Shown: positions 20,514-29,374 of the stretch, piece by piece
Layout: each line of letters starts with the position of its first letter
How positions within the stretch are numbered: the first letter of the stretch is position 1
Position numbers and translations under genes: made by a program
Notes under the pieces: model-generated
What the model was told of the DNA's origin: nothing
The model's database searches: none
What the model saw: only the letters and a program-made list of their open reading frames with translations
From: Candidatus Woesearchaeota archaeon
GTDB taxonomy: Archaea > Nanobdellota > Nanobdellia > Woesearchaeales > UBA583
Assembly: GCA_965205335.1 (NCBI GenBank)
Contig: OZ242164.1
Coordinates: 352,001 to 416,000, forward strand
Length of the DNA: 64,000 bases
Reading direction: 5' to 3'

Positions 20514-21394
20514 TCTATATTCACCCTCCCAAAAAGTCCCTTTGGTTCAAACCATAAAATAATTAATAATACTAACGAATAAAGAATTTGCCTCAAAGGT
20601 CCTATTATCCATGCAATCTCTGGAGGGAGTTCAACAAACCTTAGAGCCTCAGGAATTAAAATAACTAAAAATGCCGCAATAACTGTGCCTTTAAGAGATG
20701 CAACCCCTCCTACAATTACTATAGTTAACATCAGAACAAGTTCCTCTAACAGAAAAGACTTAGGGCTGATAAATCTTATATAATGAGCTAAAAGTGAACC
20801 TGCAATACCTGCTAAAAATGTAGAAATAAACATTGCCTTTATCTTTATAGTCAGAGTATCCTTCCCTAAAACTTTCAACCCTAACTCATCATCTCGCACT
20901 GCCCCAAGTAATTTTCCAAAAGGAGATTTTACAATCCTATATAAAACTAAAATACAAATTACAGTTATAATAAGAGTAAATATAAGATAATCAAAATTTG
21001 ACTTCAGGGCAAACCCAAAAATCTCAGGTCTTGGAATCCCTGAAATGCCAAGAGTTCCATTTGTTAATGACTTCCAGTTTTGAAAAACAGTATATGTAAT
21101 ATATGTAAACCCAAGAGTTAAAAGAGCAAGATAATCTGATTTGTGTTCTCTTGTAACAATTGATAATATAACTCCAAAAAGAGCAGCAACAAGTCCGGAG
21201 AGAACAAATGCAAGTATAAAAGGCACTCCAACATCCATAACCAAAATAGCTGAAGTATAAGCGCCAATCCCAAAAAACGCTACATGTCCCCAATTTAAAA
21301 GACCAGTGTAACCAAATGCCAAATTCAGACTTGCTGACAAAATCAGATAAATGCATATATAAATTAAAATATGTATCAAATATTTCTCAATCAT
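20510..21394 (-). CDS. livM: Branched-chain amino acid ABC transporter permease
   Basis: GYTGLLNWGHVAFFGIGAY, DYLALLTLGF, SPFG..L.AVRDDE. Confidence 0.92.
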   Translation of the reverse strand: MIEKYLIHILIYICIYLILSASLNLAFGYTGLLNWGHVAFFGIGAYTSAILVMDVGVPFILAFVLSGLVAALFGVILSIVTREHKSDYLALLTLGFTYITYTVFQNWKSLTNGTLGISGIPRPEIFGFALKSNFDYLIFTLIITVICILVLYRIVKSPFGKLLGAVRDDELGLKVLGKDTLTIKIKAMFISTFLAGIAGSLLAHYIRFISPKSFLLEELVLMLTIVIVGGVASLKGTVIAAFLVILIPEALRFVELPPEIAWIIGPLRQILYSLVLLIILWFEPKGLFGRVNIE

Positions 21395-22296
21395 TTTCTA
21401 CCCTTCACAAACGCCCCCCCGAATAATCCACTTGGCTTTAAAAGAAGAATTAAAAAAAGTCCAACAAATGCAATTGCATCCTTATACTCAGATGGTAAAA
21501 GCAATATTCCATAATTCTCAACAAGCCCTAAAACATAAGAACCAAGAATTGATGACGGAACAGATGCAATCCCACCTATAACTGCTCCTGCAAAACCTTT
21601 AATAATAAGATCTGTTCCCATTGTAGGTTCAGCAATCTGCACAATCCCAATCAGAATCCCTGCAACTCCTGCAAGAAAAGAGCCCAGCAAAAAAGAATAT
21701 ATTGCAACCTTTCTTGATGATATTCCGACTATATTTGCCAACTCGTAATTATCAGACACTGCTCTTAAATCCTTCCCAAGCTTTGTTTTCTTCAAAAATA
21801 AATACAAAAGAACCAAAAGAACCAAAGAACAAATAACTACTCCAATCTGAGTAGGAGTTATAAACGCCCCAAAAACCTCAATACCCTTTTTAACATCTAT
21901 CAATCCTATATTTCTAACTCCGGGTCCAAAACCAAGAACTATTAAATTCTCTACTAAAAATAAAATTCCTAGACTTGCAATTAAAAGCACAATATTTGAT
22001 GCTCCCCTCTTTTTCATAGGTTCATAAACAATAATATACATCAAAAGCCCAGACAACGAAGTTAAAATCAATGTTAAAATCACAGCAATAGGAAAAGGAA
22101 AATTGCTCAATGTAAACAGCAGATAGATAAAATAAGCCCCGAGTACAACAGTTACTCCATGAGCTATATGTAAAAACCTGTTAGTTGTATATATAAGAGA
22201 AAAACCGCATGCAACAAGTGCATAAATAGAGCCTGCTACAATACCATTAAAAGTTACCTGAAGGACTGTACCTGAAGTTATTTGCTCTAAAACCAT
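21391..22296 (-). CDS. livH: Branched-chain amino acid ABC transporter permease
   Basis: NGIVAGSIYALVACGFSLIY, AHG, TKLGKDLRAVSDN, KPSGLFG. Confidence 0.92.
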   Translation of the reverse strand: MVLEQITSGTVLQVTFNGIVAGSIYALVACGFSLIYTTNRFLHIAHGVTVVLGAYFIYLLFTLSNFPFPIAVILTLILTSLSGLLMYIIVYEPMKKRGASNIVLLIASLGILFLVENLIVLGFGPGVRNIGLIDVKKGIEVFGAFITPTQIGVVICSLVLLVLLYLFLKKTKLGKDLRAVSDNYELANIVGISSRKVAIYSFLLGSFLAGVAGILIGIVQIAEPTMGTDLIIKGFAGAVIGGIASVPSSILGSYVLGLVENYGILLLPSEYKDAIAFVGLFLILLLKPSGLFGGAFVKGRK

Positions 22297-22353
22297 CTCT
22301 AAAAATTCACATATTTTAAGACATTATAAAATTAACTATAAAAAAAGTAGAGA

Positions 22354-23517
22354 TTATGAAATAACAACTAATTCGCCGCCTCTTATTTGCTTAAGATCAA
22401 ATTCAACAATAGGATCTCCATTCTCATCTATCGATACTGTGCCCATTGCACCTTCCCAGTTCTGCACTTTGTACAGCTCATCCTTAACACATGTACCATC
22501 CTGATCTCCACATATCGCAAGAATATCCTTTAATATGTAAGCAATATCATATGATGCCGCAAGATATGCAAATGGCACGGACTGAACGAATCCTTCTCCT
22601 TCTCTTTGATTTGCATTATTAATGAAAGCGCTTGCTTTTGGTGAATCCTTATCCACTTTAACTTCTGGATATATCGCACCTTCCAGATAATCACTGTGCA
22701 CATCTAAAACTTCATTTGCAGTTATCATTTCAGATGAATAAATTGGAAGTTCAATTCCTATCTCCTGCATTTGTTTAACAAGTAAACTTGCCTTGGGGAA
22801 TGTTTGAGTTACAGGATATATTGCTGTTACATCTGAATCCCTAATATTAGTAAGTGGAGTTCTTAAATCAGTTACTTCTGGTGCAAATCTCTCTTCAATA
22901 ACGATATCTCCACCTAATCCTGTATAAGTCTCAACAAAGACTTCCCTTAAAGATTCAACATACTCAGTAACTTCAGAAATCACAGCCATCTTCGTATGAC
23001 CGTCCTCAATAGCTCTTCTTGCAACAGCCGCTGCTCCTAGGGCATCTGAAGGATAATTCCTGAAGATATAGTCTCCTGCAAAAGTAATCTGAGTACTGCT
23101 TGAACCTGGTGATACTAATACAACCTGATTATCTTCAGCAATTGGGGCTGCTCCAAGAGTCTCATCACTGCACACTCCACCAATTATAACCTTCACTCCA
23201 TCTAGATTAATCAGTTTCTGAGCAGATTTTGCTCCTTCTGAACCATCACACTGTCCGTCCTCATAGATAACTTTTAGTTGCTTTCCATTAATTCCTCCTT
23301 GGGAATTTATTTCATCAACTGCTAACTGCAAAGACTTCTGCATAGGAATTCCATATGCAGCCCCATCTCCAGTTAATGGGAAGATTGCACCTACTTCATA
23401 AAAATCATCTCCTGCCCCTTCAACAGGTACTTCACTTGTATTTGTGTGTGCACATCCTCCAAGTAAAAGTATGAAGGAAAATAAAACCATAACTTGTAAT
23501 ATCCTTTTTTGTTTCAT
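22354..23517 (-). CDS. livK: Branched-chain amino acid ABC substrate-binding lipoprotein (LivJ/LivK family)
   Basis: PLTGDGAAYG, EINSQGGINGKQL, YIFRNYPSD; lipobox-like LLGGC. Confidence 0.9.
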   Translation of the reverse strand: MKQKRILQVMVLFSFILLLGGCAHTNTSEVPVEGAGDDFYEVGAIFPLTGDGAAYGIPMQKSLQLAVDEINSQGGINGKQLKVIYEDGQCDGSEGAKSAQKLINLDGVKVIIGGVCSDETLGAAPIAEDNQVVLVSPGSSSTQITFAGDYIFRNYPSDALGAAAVARRAIEDGHTKMAVISEVTEYVESLREVFVETYTGLGGDIVIEERFAPEVTDLRTPLTNIRDSDVTAIYPVTQTFPKASLLVKQMQEIGIELPIYSSEMITANEVLDVHSDYLEGAIYPEVKVDKDSPKASAFINNANQREGEGFVQSVPFAYLAASYDIAYILKDILAICGDQDGTCVKDELYKVQNWEGAMGTVSIDENGDPIVEFDLKQIRGGELVVIS

Positions 23518-23542
23518 AGTAACATCTAGGGATATTGTAAGT

Positions 23543-23551
23543 TTTATAAAT
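23543..23551 (-). promoter_or_regulatory. Archaeal TATA box ~25 nt upstream of the livK start; similar boxes precede many genes (e.g. ~691, ~29171, ~31510, ~33681, ~34291, ~34907, ~52514, ~58447, ~60940)
   Basis: Recurrent TTTATAAA/TTATATAA about 20-30 nt before ATG, consistent with leaderless mRNAs. Confidence 0.7.
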
Positions 23552-23564
23552 TTTTGTATTTTAG

Positions 23565-23818
23565 GGCTCTGGTCATTTTTAGGGTGTTTTTATTTTAAAT
23601 GCATTTTTCATAATTTCTTCCCAATTATCAGGAACATTTAAACCACTTGCTTGTGCTGGTGTCATACCTAAACTTAAATGTGGTTTAACAAAATTATAAT
23701 AGTTTTTGAAACCTTTATTATATATCTGAACTCCTTTAAGTGTTTTCATTCCACGCATTGACTTAGTACGGTCTTTATGTGTTCCGTGATAACGTTCTAT
23801 AATGTTATTGTTGCTATC
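23565..23818 (-). mobile_element. IS6-family-like (DDE) transposase C-terminal remnant with its terminal repeat
   Basis: NNIIERYHGTHKDRTKSMRGMK...YYNFVKPHLSLGMTPAQASG resembles the archaeal IS6/IS240 transposase tail; end sequence GGCTCTGGTCATTTTTAGGGTG starts at 23565. Confidence 0.72.
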
Positions 23819-24171
23819 TAAAAGAACTCCAACAATAGAAATTACACAAGTATTTACCGCTCCAACAAACAAAGCATAAAGGAAAGAGTTTGAAGAATCA
23901 TAAGGCAGGAAATGATGCCCGATTCCATAAAGCGTTTCTTCCATTTTCTCTTGGAAGATTAATTTCTCCACCACTGCCAAGATTTCTATCGTAAATCTCA
24001 CCATAGTTGCCAACGCTTCTTATAACATTCTGAGCAAAGCCCATTTCAAGCCCCAAAGTTTCCTATCCGAAACTGCCTTCAAATCCAAGCAAACGATCAA
24101 CTTTTCTATCTCCTGTAAGCTCACACATTGGAAGGTGTTATTTCATAAGATTCAGAGCAAGTAAGAACGCC
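23819..24171 (-). pseudogene. Decayed duplicate of the aapJ-aapQ junction with a ~300-bp internal deletion
   Basis: 23819-23923 matches 27658-27762 (aapQ); 23925-24171 matches 28061-28312 (aapJ). Confidence 0.9.
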
Positions 24172-24223
24172 AATGTTATGACAATATTCATTTTTTCCCC
24201 TCCTCAGTTTTTTATTATTAACT

Positions 24224-24973
24224 TTATGTCAAAATCCGAGACAAAAACTCCTTAGTTCTTTTCTCTTTAGGATGACTAAAAAATTCTTTTGGAGGTCTTT
24301 CCTCTATTATTCTGCCTTCATCAAACATAATAATTCTATCTGCAACTTCTTTGGCAAATCCAATTTCATGAGAGACAAGAATCATGGTCATTCCAGAATT
24401 AGCCAATTCCTTCATAACATCTAACACCTCATTAATCATTTCAGGGTCCAAAGCAGAAGTTGGCTCATCAAAAAGCATTATTTTAGGTGACATAGCAAGG
24501 GAACGAGCTATGGCAACTCTCTGCTGCTGTCCTCCTGAAAGTTCGGAAGGGTATTTATCTGCTTGTTCAGAAATCCCAACTCTTTTAAGAAGTTCCTTTG
24601 CCTTCTGTTGAGCTTTATCCTGCGGTATTTTCCTTACCTTCATTGGAGCTAAGGTTATGTTCTGCATCACGGTAAGATGGGGAAATAAATTAAAAGACTG
24701 AAAAACCATTCCAACTTCTCTTCTAATGGCATCTATGTTTCTTGTATCCTGAGTTAGTTCTATTCCATCAACTATAATCTTTCCCTTTTGATATTCTTCA
24801 AGTTTGTTTATTGTTCTGATAAAAGTGGATTTTCCAGATCCTGAAGGACCCACGATAACAATTTTCTCTCCTTTCTTCACGGAAAGGTTTACTCCTTTAA
24901 GAACATGGAATGAATCATACCATTTATGAACTTCTTTGCATATTATTATCGGATTTTCAGATTCTTTTGACAT
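24224..24973 (-). CDS. aapP: Polar/general L-amino acid ABC transporter ATPase (AapP/GlnQ family)
   Basis: [48 protein letters not shown]. Confidence 0.9.
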   Translation of the reverse strand: MSKESENPIIICKEVHKWYDSFHVLKGVNLSVKKGEKIVIVGPSGSGKSTFIRTINKLEEYQKGKIIVDGIELTQDTRNIDAIRREVGMVFQSFNLFPHLTVMQNITLAPMKVRKIPQDKAQQKAKELLKRVGISEQADKYPSELSGGQQQRVAIARSLAMSPKIMLFDEPTSALDPEMINEVLDVMKELANSGMTMILVSHEIGFAKEVADRIIMFDEGRIIEERPPKEFFSHPKEKRTKEFLSRILT

Positions 24974-24996
24974 TAATAAAAATATGTATTAATAGT

Positions 24997-25233
24997 TTAA
25001 ATAGTTTTCGTTAATTCAATTCTTCCAAAAACTTTTTTAATTTCACTTAATTGAATTTTATCTAATTTGAAATATTTTGAAACATTTAGAATCTCCATTC
25101 CCCATGCTTTTTCCTTTTCATCTAAATCAATAATAAAATCTCCAAAATTAATACTATGATGGTAATTCATTTTTCTTTTCTTCAAGAAAAGCGAGTCACT
25201 CTTAAAATCATAATCAATTATATCATGTGCCAT
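24997..25233 (-). CDS. DUF2283-like small protein (antitoxin-like)
   Basis: YDFKSDSLFL...IIDLDEKEKAWGMEILNVS pattern. Confidence 0.65.
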   Translation of the reverse strand: MAHDIIDYDFKSDSLFLKKRKMNYHHSINFGDFIIDLDEKEKAWGMEILNVSKYFKLDKIQLSEIKKVFGRIELTKTI

Positions 25234-25320
25234 TATACTTACAATAACATTTGTGTATTTATAAAATTTTCAATTTTTGTGGTTTTGTGAGTTTTACTCA
25301 AATATTAGTTGTTTGTTTTT

Positions 25321-25358
25321 CATATAAAACAAAAACACCCTAAAAATGGTCAGAATCC
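25321..25358 (-). repeat. Inverted ~38-bp copy of the IS end at 23565-23601
   Basis: Reverse complement ggattctgaccatttttagggtgtttttgttttatatg vs ggctctggtcatttttagggtgtttttattttaaatg. Confidence 0.75.
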
Positions 25359-25537
25359 ATCAAAACGAAAACTAATAAAAGAATAAATATCCCAAACAAT
25401 CAAAATAAATTCTTTGGAGTTTCACCCTCCATTATATCAGGAAAGGCAGGATGGATGACTTGTTTGAGTGGTATTTTGTTTAAGCATAGTATTACATTTG
25501 TTCACGGCATTAAATCGGCAATTCTTTCTCAATTTCA

Positions 25538-26755
25538 TTAATGTGTCGCAGTGTTTCTTACTCCCGTATTTGTTTTTCTCTCAATATATCTGCTGACGTG
25601 GGAAAGTCCGTATGCGAATATCCAGAAAGTCAGGGCCAGAAAAATGAACAATTCATAAGAACTATTTAAGTATACAGGATTTCCACTAATAAATGCCCTT
25701 CCAATTCCAACCATGTCAAGCATTCCGATAACATAAACCAAATTCGTATCTTTGAAAAGTGATATAAATTGTCCTACAATTGCAGGTATTACATTTTTAA
25801 GTGCCTGAGGCAGAGATATTAAAAGTATAGTTTGCACACCAGAAAGCCCCAATGCCCTTGCAGCTTCTTGTTGCCCCGGACTTAGAGCTTGCAATCCCCC
25901 CCTTATATTCTCAGCCATATATGCCGCACTGAATAAGGTTATTATTATTGCAGCTCTGTAAAGAGAATTTAAAGGAAAATCTTCGGGAAACGCAAGAGGA
26001 ACAAGGGTTTGAGACATAAAAAGAAGAGCAATCAGAGGAACTCCCCGAAATAATTCTATAAACAAAATGCAAATTACTTTAACTAAATGCAAACTGCTTC
26101 TCCTTCCAAAAGCAAGAAGTATTCCAATTGGCAGGCAGAGAACTATTCCAGAAACGGCTAATAACAAATTCAGCATCAGCCCTCCCCAATATATTACAGA
26201 TACGGGTTCTAAGAACTTAACCCCTGAAACTCCGTGTAGCAATAGAAGAATTGCCAAAAAACATAAAACTCCAGTTAATAAAATCCCTTTAGCTTTCCTT
26301 ATTTTAAAATAAGACGCAAAGTAATAACCAAGAATCAAAGCAGGCAAATTAAGAAGCAGCAGAATTCTGATGTCAAAACCCATTTTTTCCAGACTATAAG
26401 GAAGGAAAGCAAAAGCAGCTGATGCAACTGAAAAAATTATGGCAATCTTTTTAGCAAGAGAATCTCTTGTAGAACCCCATATAAATCCAAAAAAGAAAGT
26501 TGATATTAATAACGCTGCTGCAGGTCTCCAGAAACAATTTCCACCAGAACATGCAATTTCTGTGTTATACTGTCCTATAATCAAAGTCCCTCCAAGAACT
26601 GATATGATACTCCAGTCAGCAACAAATAACAACCATCTGCCTCCAAACCACAAAGATAAGATTATCATGCTTCCAAGCAAGATCGTAAAGATTCCATTAT
26701 AAAACGAACTAAACAGATTTTCTTTAAGCCATTTGGTTATTTTTTCAAAACTCAT
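25538..26755 (-). CDS. aapM: General L-amino acid ABC transporter permease
   Basis: WLKENLFSS, WGGLMLNL, FIELFRGVPLI, AAYMAENIRGGLQA, FISLFKDT. Confidence 0.9.
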   Translation of the reverse strand: MSFEKITKWLKENLFSSFYNGIFTILLGSMIILSLWFGGRWLLFVADWSIISVLGGTLIIGQYNTEIACSGGNCFWRPAAALLISTFFFGFIWGSTRDSLAKKIAIIFSVASAAFAFLPYSLEKMGFDIRILLLLNLPALILGYYFASYFKIRKAKGILLTGVLCFLAILLLLHGVSGVKFLEPVSVIYWGGLMLNLLLAVSGIVLCLPIGILLAFGRRSSLHLVKVICILFIELFRGVPLIALLFMSQTLVPLAFPEDFPLNSLYRAAIIITLFSAAYMAENIRGGLQALSPGQQEAARALGLSGVQTILLISLPQALKNVIPAIVGQFISLFKDTNLVYVIGMLDMVGIGRAFISGNPVYLNSSYELFIFLALTFWIFAYGLSHVSRYIERKTNTGVRNTATH

Positions 26756-26760
26756 TAGAT

Positions 26761-27984
26761 CTATCCTCCTGTGAATTTGATATGCCTGTTATAGATATTC
26801 CCTATTAGCGAATATGTCAGACTTATGACGAGGTAAGCCGCCATTATCAGTATGAATATGGAAATTGCTGGAGCGGTTTGTGTCATTGTTTTAGCTACAT
26901 TAACCAAATCAGGGTATCCAACAATTGCAGCAAGACTGCTGTTTTTTGTCAAATTCAAATATTCGCTTATGGTAGGAGGAACAATAACTCTTAAAGATTG
27001 GGGGAAGGTTATGTGCCTTAATGCTTCAAATTTAGACAACCCTAATGCTCTTGCCGCTTCCACTTGTCCTTTATTAACGGATTGTATTCCTGCTCTCACA
27101 ATTTCAGCAATAAAAGAAGAAGCGTATAATACTAACCCGATTAGCAGGGCAATTAGTCCCGCAGGGACCGTGAATCCTCCGCTAATCCTTCCAAAAGTTC
27201 CCTGAGGATACGGGACTGAAATCGATAATGGATGCTGTCCAAATAAAAAATAAAGAATAAACCATCCCGCAAGAAAAAATGATAATGACAAGATTAAGGA
27301 ATAAATCAAAGGATGATAATTTTTCCCCTTTTTTTTTGAAATTGAGGAGAAGAACTTATATGCAAAAAACAACAAAGCAAAAGTTGCCAGAACTAAGATT
27401 AGTGACAACATCCCTGCTCCAAATCCCAAAGCAGAAAACCATGGAAAAGACACTCCCGAATTACTGATGTAAACTTTGTCTGCTATCGTAAAACTTTCTT
27501 TAATTTCCGGCAATGTAAGCATAATGTAAAACCAAAAAAACAACAGAATAAGCAAAGGAACGTTTCTGAAAATTTCTATATAAACAAGCGAAGTTTTGCT
27601 TATAAGCCAATTTTTTGACAATCTGCAAACTCCTATGAAAATGCCTAAGATAGTTGCTAAAAGAACTCCAACGATAGAAATTACACTGGTATTTACCCCT
27701 CCAACAAACAAAGCATAAAGGAAAGTATTTGAAGAATCATAGGGCAGGAAATGATGCCCGATGGGAGTTTGATATGCTCTTTCCAAAAAATCAAATCCGT
27801 ACGGTATGTTTCTCTCTGCAATAGCAGTAGCAATGTTAAGAAAAAACCATGAAACAAGAACTAAAACCAAAATTCCTGAAACAATCTGTATAAACCATTT
27901 CAGGAACTTAGAATGCCTCCATAAAGGAATTCCTTGATAGGATAAACCCAATCTTATGGATTTACTTTTTTGGAGGGATGGCAT
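26761..27984 (-). CDS. aapQ: General L-amino acid ABC transporter permease
   Basis: YIEIFRNVPLL, FIAEIVRAGIQSV.KGQ.EAA, YLNLTKNSSLA..VGYPDL. Confidence 0.9.
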   Translation of the reverse strand: MPSLQKSKSIRLGLSYQGIPLWRHSKFLKWFIQIVSGILVLVLVSWFFLNIATAIAERNIPYGFDFLERAYQTPIGHHFLPYDSSNTFLYALFVGGVNTSVISIVGVLLATILGIFIGVCRLSKNWLISKTSLVYIEIFRNVPLLILLFFWFYIMLTLPEIKESFTIADKVYISNSGVSFPWFSALGFGAGMLSLILVLATFALLFFAYKFFSSISKKKGKNYHPLIYSLILSLSFFLAGWFILYFLFGQHPLSISVPYPQGTFGRISGGFTVPAGLIALLIGLVLYASSFIAEIVRAGIQSVNKGQVEAARALGLSKFEALRHITFPQSLRVIVPPTISEYLNLTKNSSLAAIVGYPDLVNVAKTMTQTAPAISIFILIMAAYLVISLTYSLIGNIYNRHIKFTGG

Positions 27985-27997
27985 TTTATGAAAATGC

Positions 27998-29146
27998 TTA
28001 TCTCAGGGGAGCAGCGTAAATCTGTCCTCCTTTTGGACAATTAGTGCATGGTGCGTTTGCCCATAAAGCGTTTCTTCCATTTTCTCTTGGAAGATTAATT
28101 TCTCCACCACTGCCAAGATTCTTATCGTAAATCTCACCATAGTTGCCAACGCTTCTTATAACATTCTGAGCAAAGCCCATTTCAAGCCCCAAAGTTTCCT
28201 GCCCGAAACTTCCTTCAAATCCAAGCAAACGATCAACTTTTCTATCTCCTGTAATCTCAGCAGGCACATTGGACGATGAGATTTCGTATGCTTCTGAGTA
28301 AATAAGAACGCTCATGACAGTCTTCACAATGTCAAACCACTGTTCATCTCCATGCGGAACAACAGGTCCTAATGGCTCTTCTGATATGGTTTCAGGCAAA
28401 ATAACGTGGTCGTCCCTGTTAGTAAGGCCTGAACTAATAGCAGCCAATTGCGATCTGTCGTTTGTGTAAGCGTCACATTGTCCGCTTTCATAAGCAGCCT
28501 TCGTAGCATCGTTACTCTCAAAAGTCAAAGGAGTAATCTCTAAATTATTTTGAGCCGAAAAGTCCTCAAGGTTAAGTTCAGTTGTAGTTCCCTGAATTAC
28601 ACATACTGTTGCTCCCCCAAGCATATAAGCACTTGAAATGCCTGAATCTTTTCTTATCATAAATCCTTGTCCGTCATAGAACATTGTCTGAACATAATTT
28701 CCCCACTGAGCATCTCTTGAAGTTGTCCATGTAACTGTACGAACCAGCAGATCAACTTCTCCTGACTGGATGGTAGGACCTCTTTCAGCTGCAGTAATCA
28801 ACCTTATCTCTATTTTATTAGGATCTCCAAGAACGGCAGTAGCAACTGCTCGGCAAAGATCTATGTCAAAGCCAACGTTCGAGCCTGTGTTTTCATCAAT
28901 ATATCCAAATCCTGAAACGTCATTACGACTTGCACAAATAACTTTTCCTCTTTCCCTCACTTTTTCAAGACGGCTCATTTCATTACTACTTTCTTGAGCA
29001 TAATTTTTCTTATCTTCATTAACCGAATTTACATTCCCTGAATCCCCAACAGGTACTTCACTTGTATTTGTTTGGTGTGCACATCCCCCAAGTAAAAGTA
29101 TGAAGGAAAACAAAGCCAAAACCCATAGTATTCTTTTTCGTTCCAT
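27998..29146 (-). CDS. aapJ: General L-amino acid ABC substrate-binding lipoprotein
   Basis: GFDIDLCRAVA, TWTTSRD, YDGQGFM, GTTTELNL, ISEEPLGP, VGNYGEIY; lipobox-like LLGGC. Confidence 0.92.
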   Translation of the reverse strand: MERKRILWVLALFSFILLLGGCAHQTNTSEVPVGDSGNVNSVNEDKKNYAQESSNEMSRLEKVRERGKVICASRNDVSGFGYIDENTGSNVGFDIDLCRAVATAVLGDPNKIEIRLITAAERGPTIQSGEVDLLVRTVTWTTSRDAQWGNYVQTMFYDGQGFMIRKDSGISSAYMLGGATVCVIQGTTTELNLEDFSAQNNLEITPLTFESNDATKAAYESGQCDAYTNDRSQLAAISSGLTNRDDHVILPETISEEPLGPVVPHGDEQWFDIVKTVMSVLIYSEAYEISSSNVPAEITGDRKVDRLLGFEGSFGQETLGLEMGFAQNVIRSVGNYGEIYDKNLGSGGEINLPRENGRNALWANAPCTNCPKGGQIYAAPLR

Positions 29147-29192
29147 TGTAAATTCTGTGATACTACAAGTTTTATAAATTTTTGTATTTCAG

Positions 29193-29320
29193 GGCTCTGT
29201 CCGGAAATTCAAGAGAACTTAAAATATTGTATCAATAAAGCAACTTTTGACGAATAATTTTTTTCTTTGATTGAATATAGTTAGCATAGATTTTGGAAAA
29301 AGCAATTTCCGGACAGAGCC
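29193..29320. mobile_element. 128-bp MITE with perfect 17-bp TIRs and 8-bp target-site duplication
   Basis: GGCTCTGTCCGGAAATT ... AATTTCCGGACAGAGCC, flanked by TATTTCAG at 29185-29192 and 29321-29328; GGCTCTGT ends plus 8-bp TSD fit IS6-type elements (IS1595 family also possible). Confidence 0.9.
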
Positions 29321-29374
29321 TATTTCAGAATACTATAACAAACAACAATCATTATAATGATTTTAGGTATAAAA

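Noticed and set aside
23579-24013. 144-aa ORF as a real gene
   Set aside because: Chimera of out-of-frame aapJ, an aapQ fragment and a transposase tail.
25490-25537. Possible remnant of the original aapP 5' end after aapM
   Set aside because: Similarity (EKELPI*CRE vs ENPIIICKE) is too weak to distinguish from chance.
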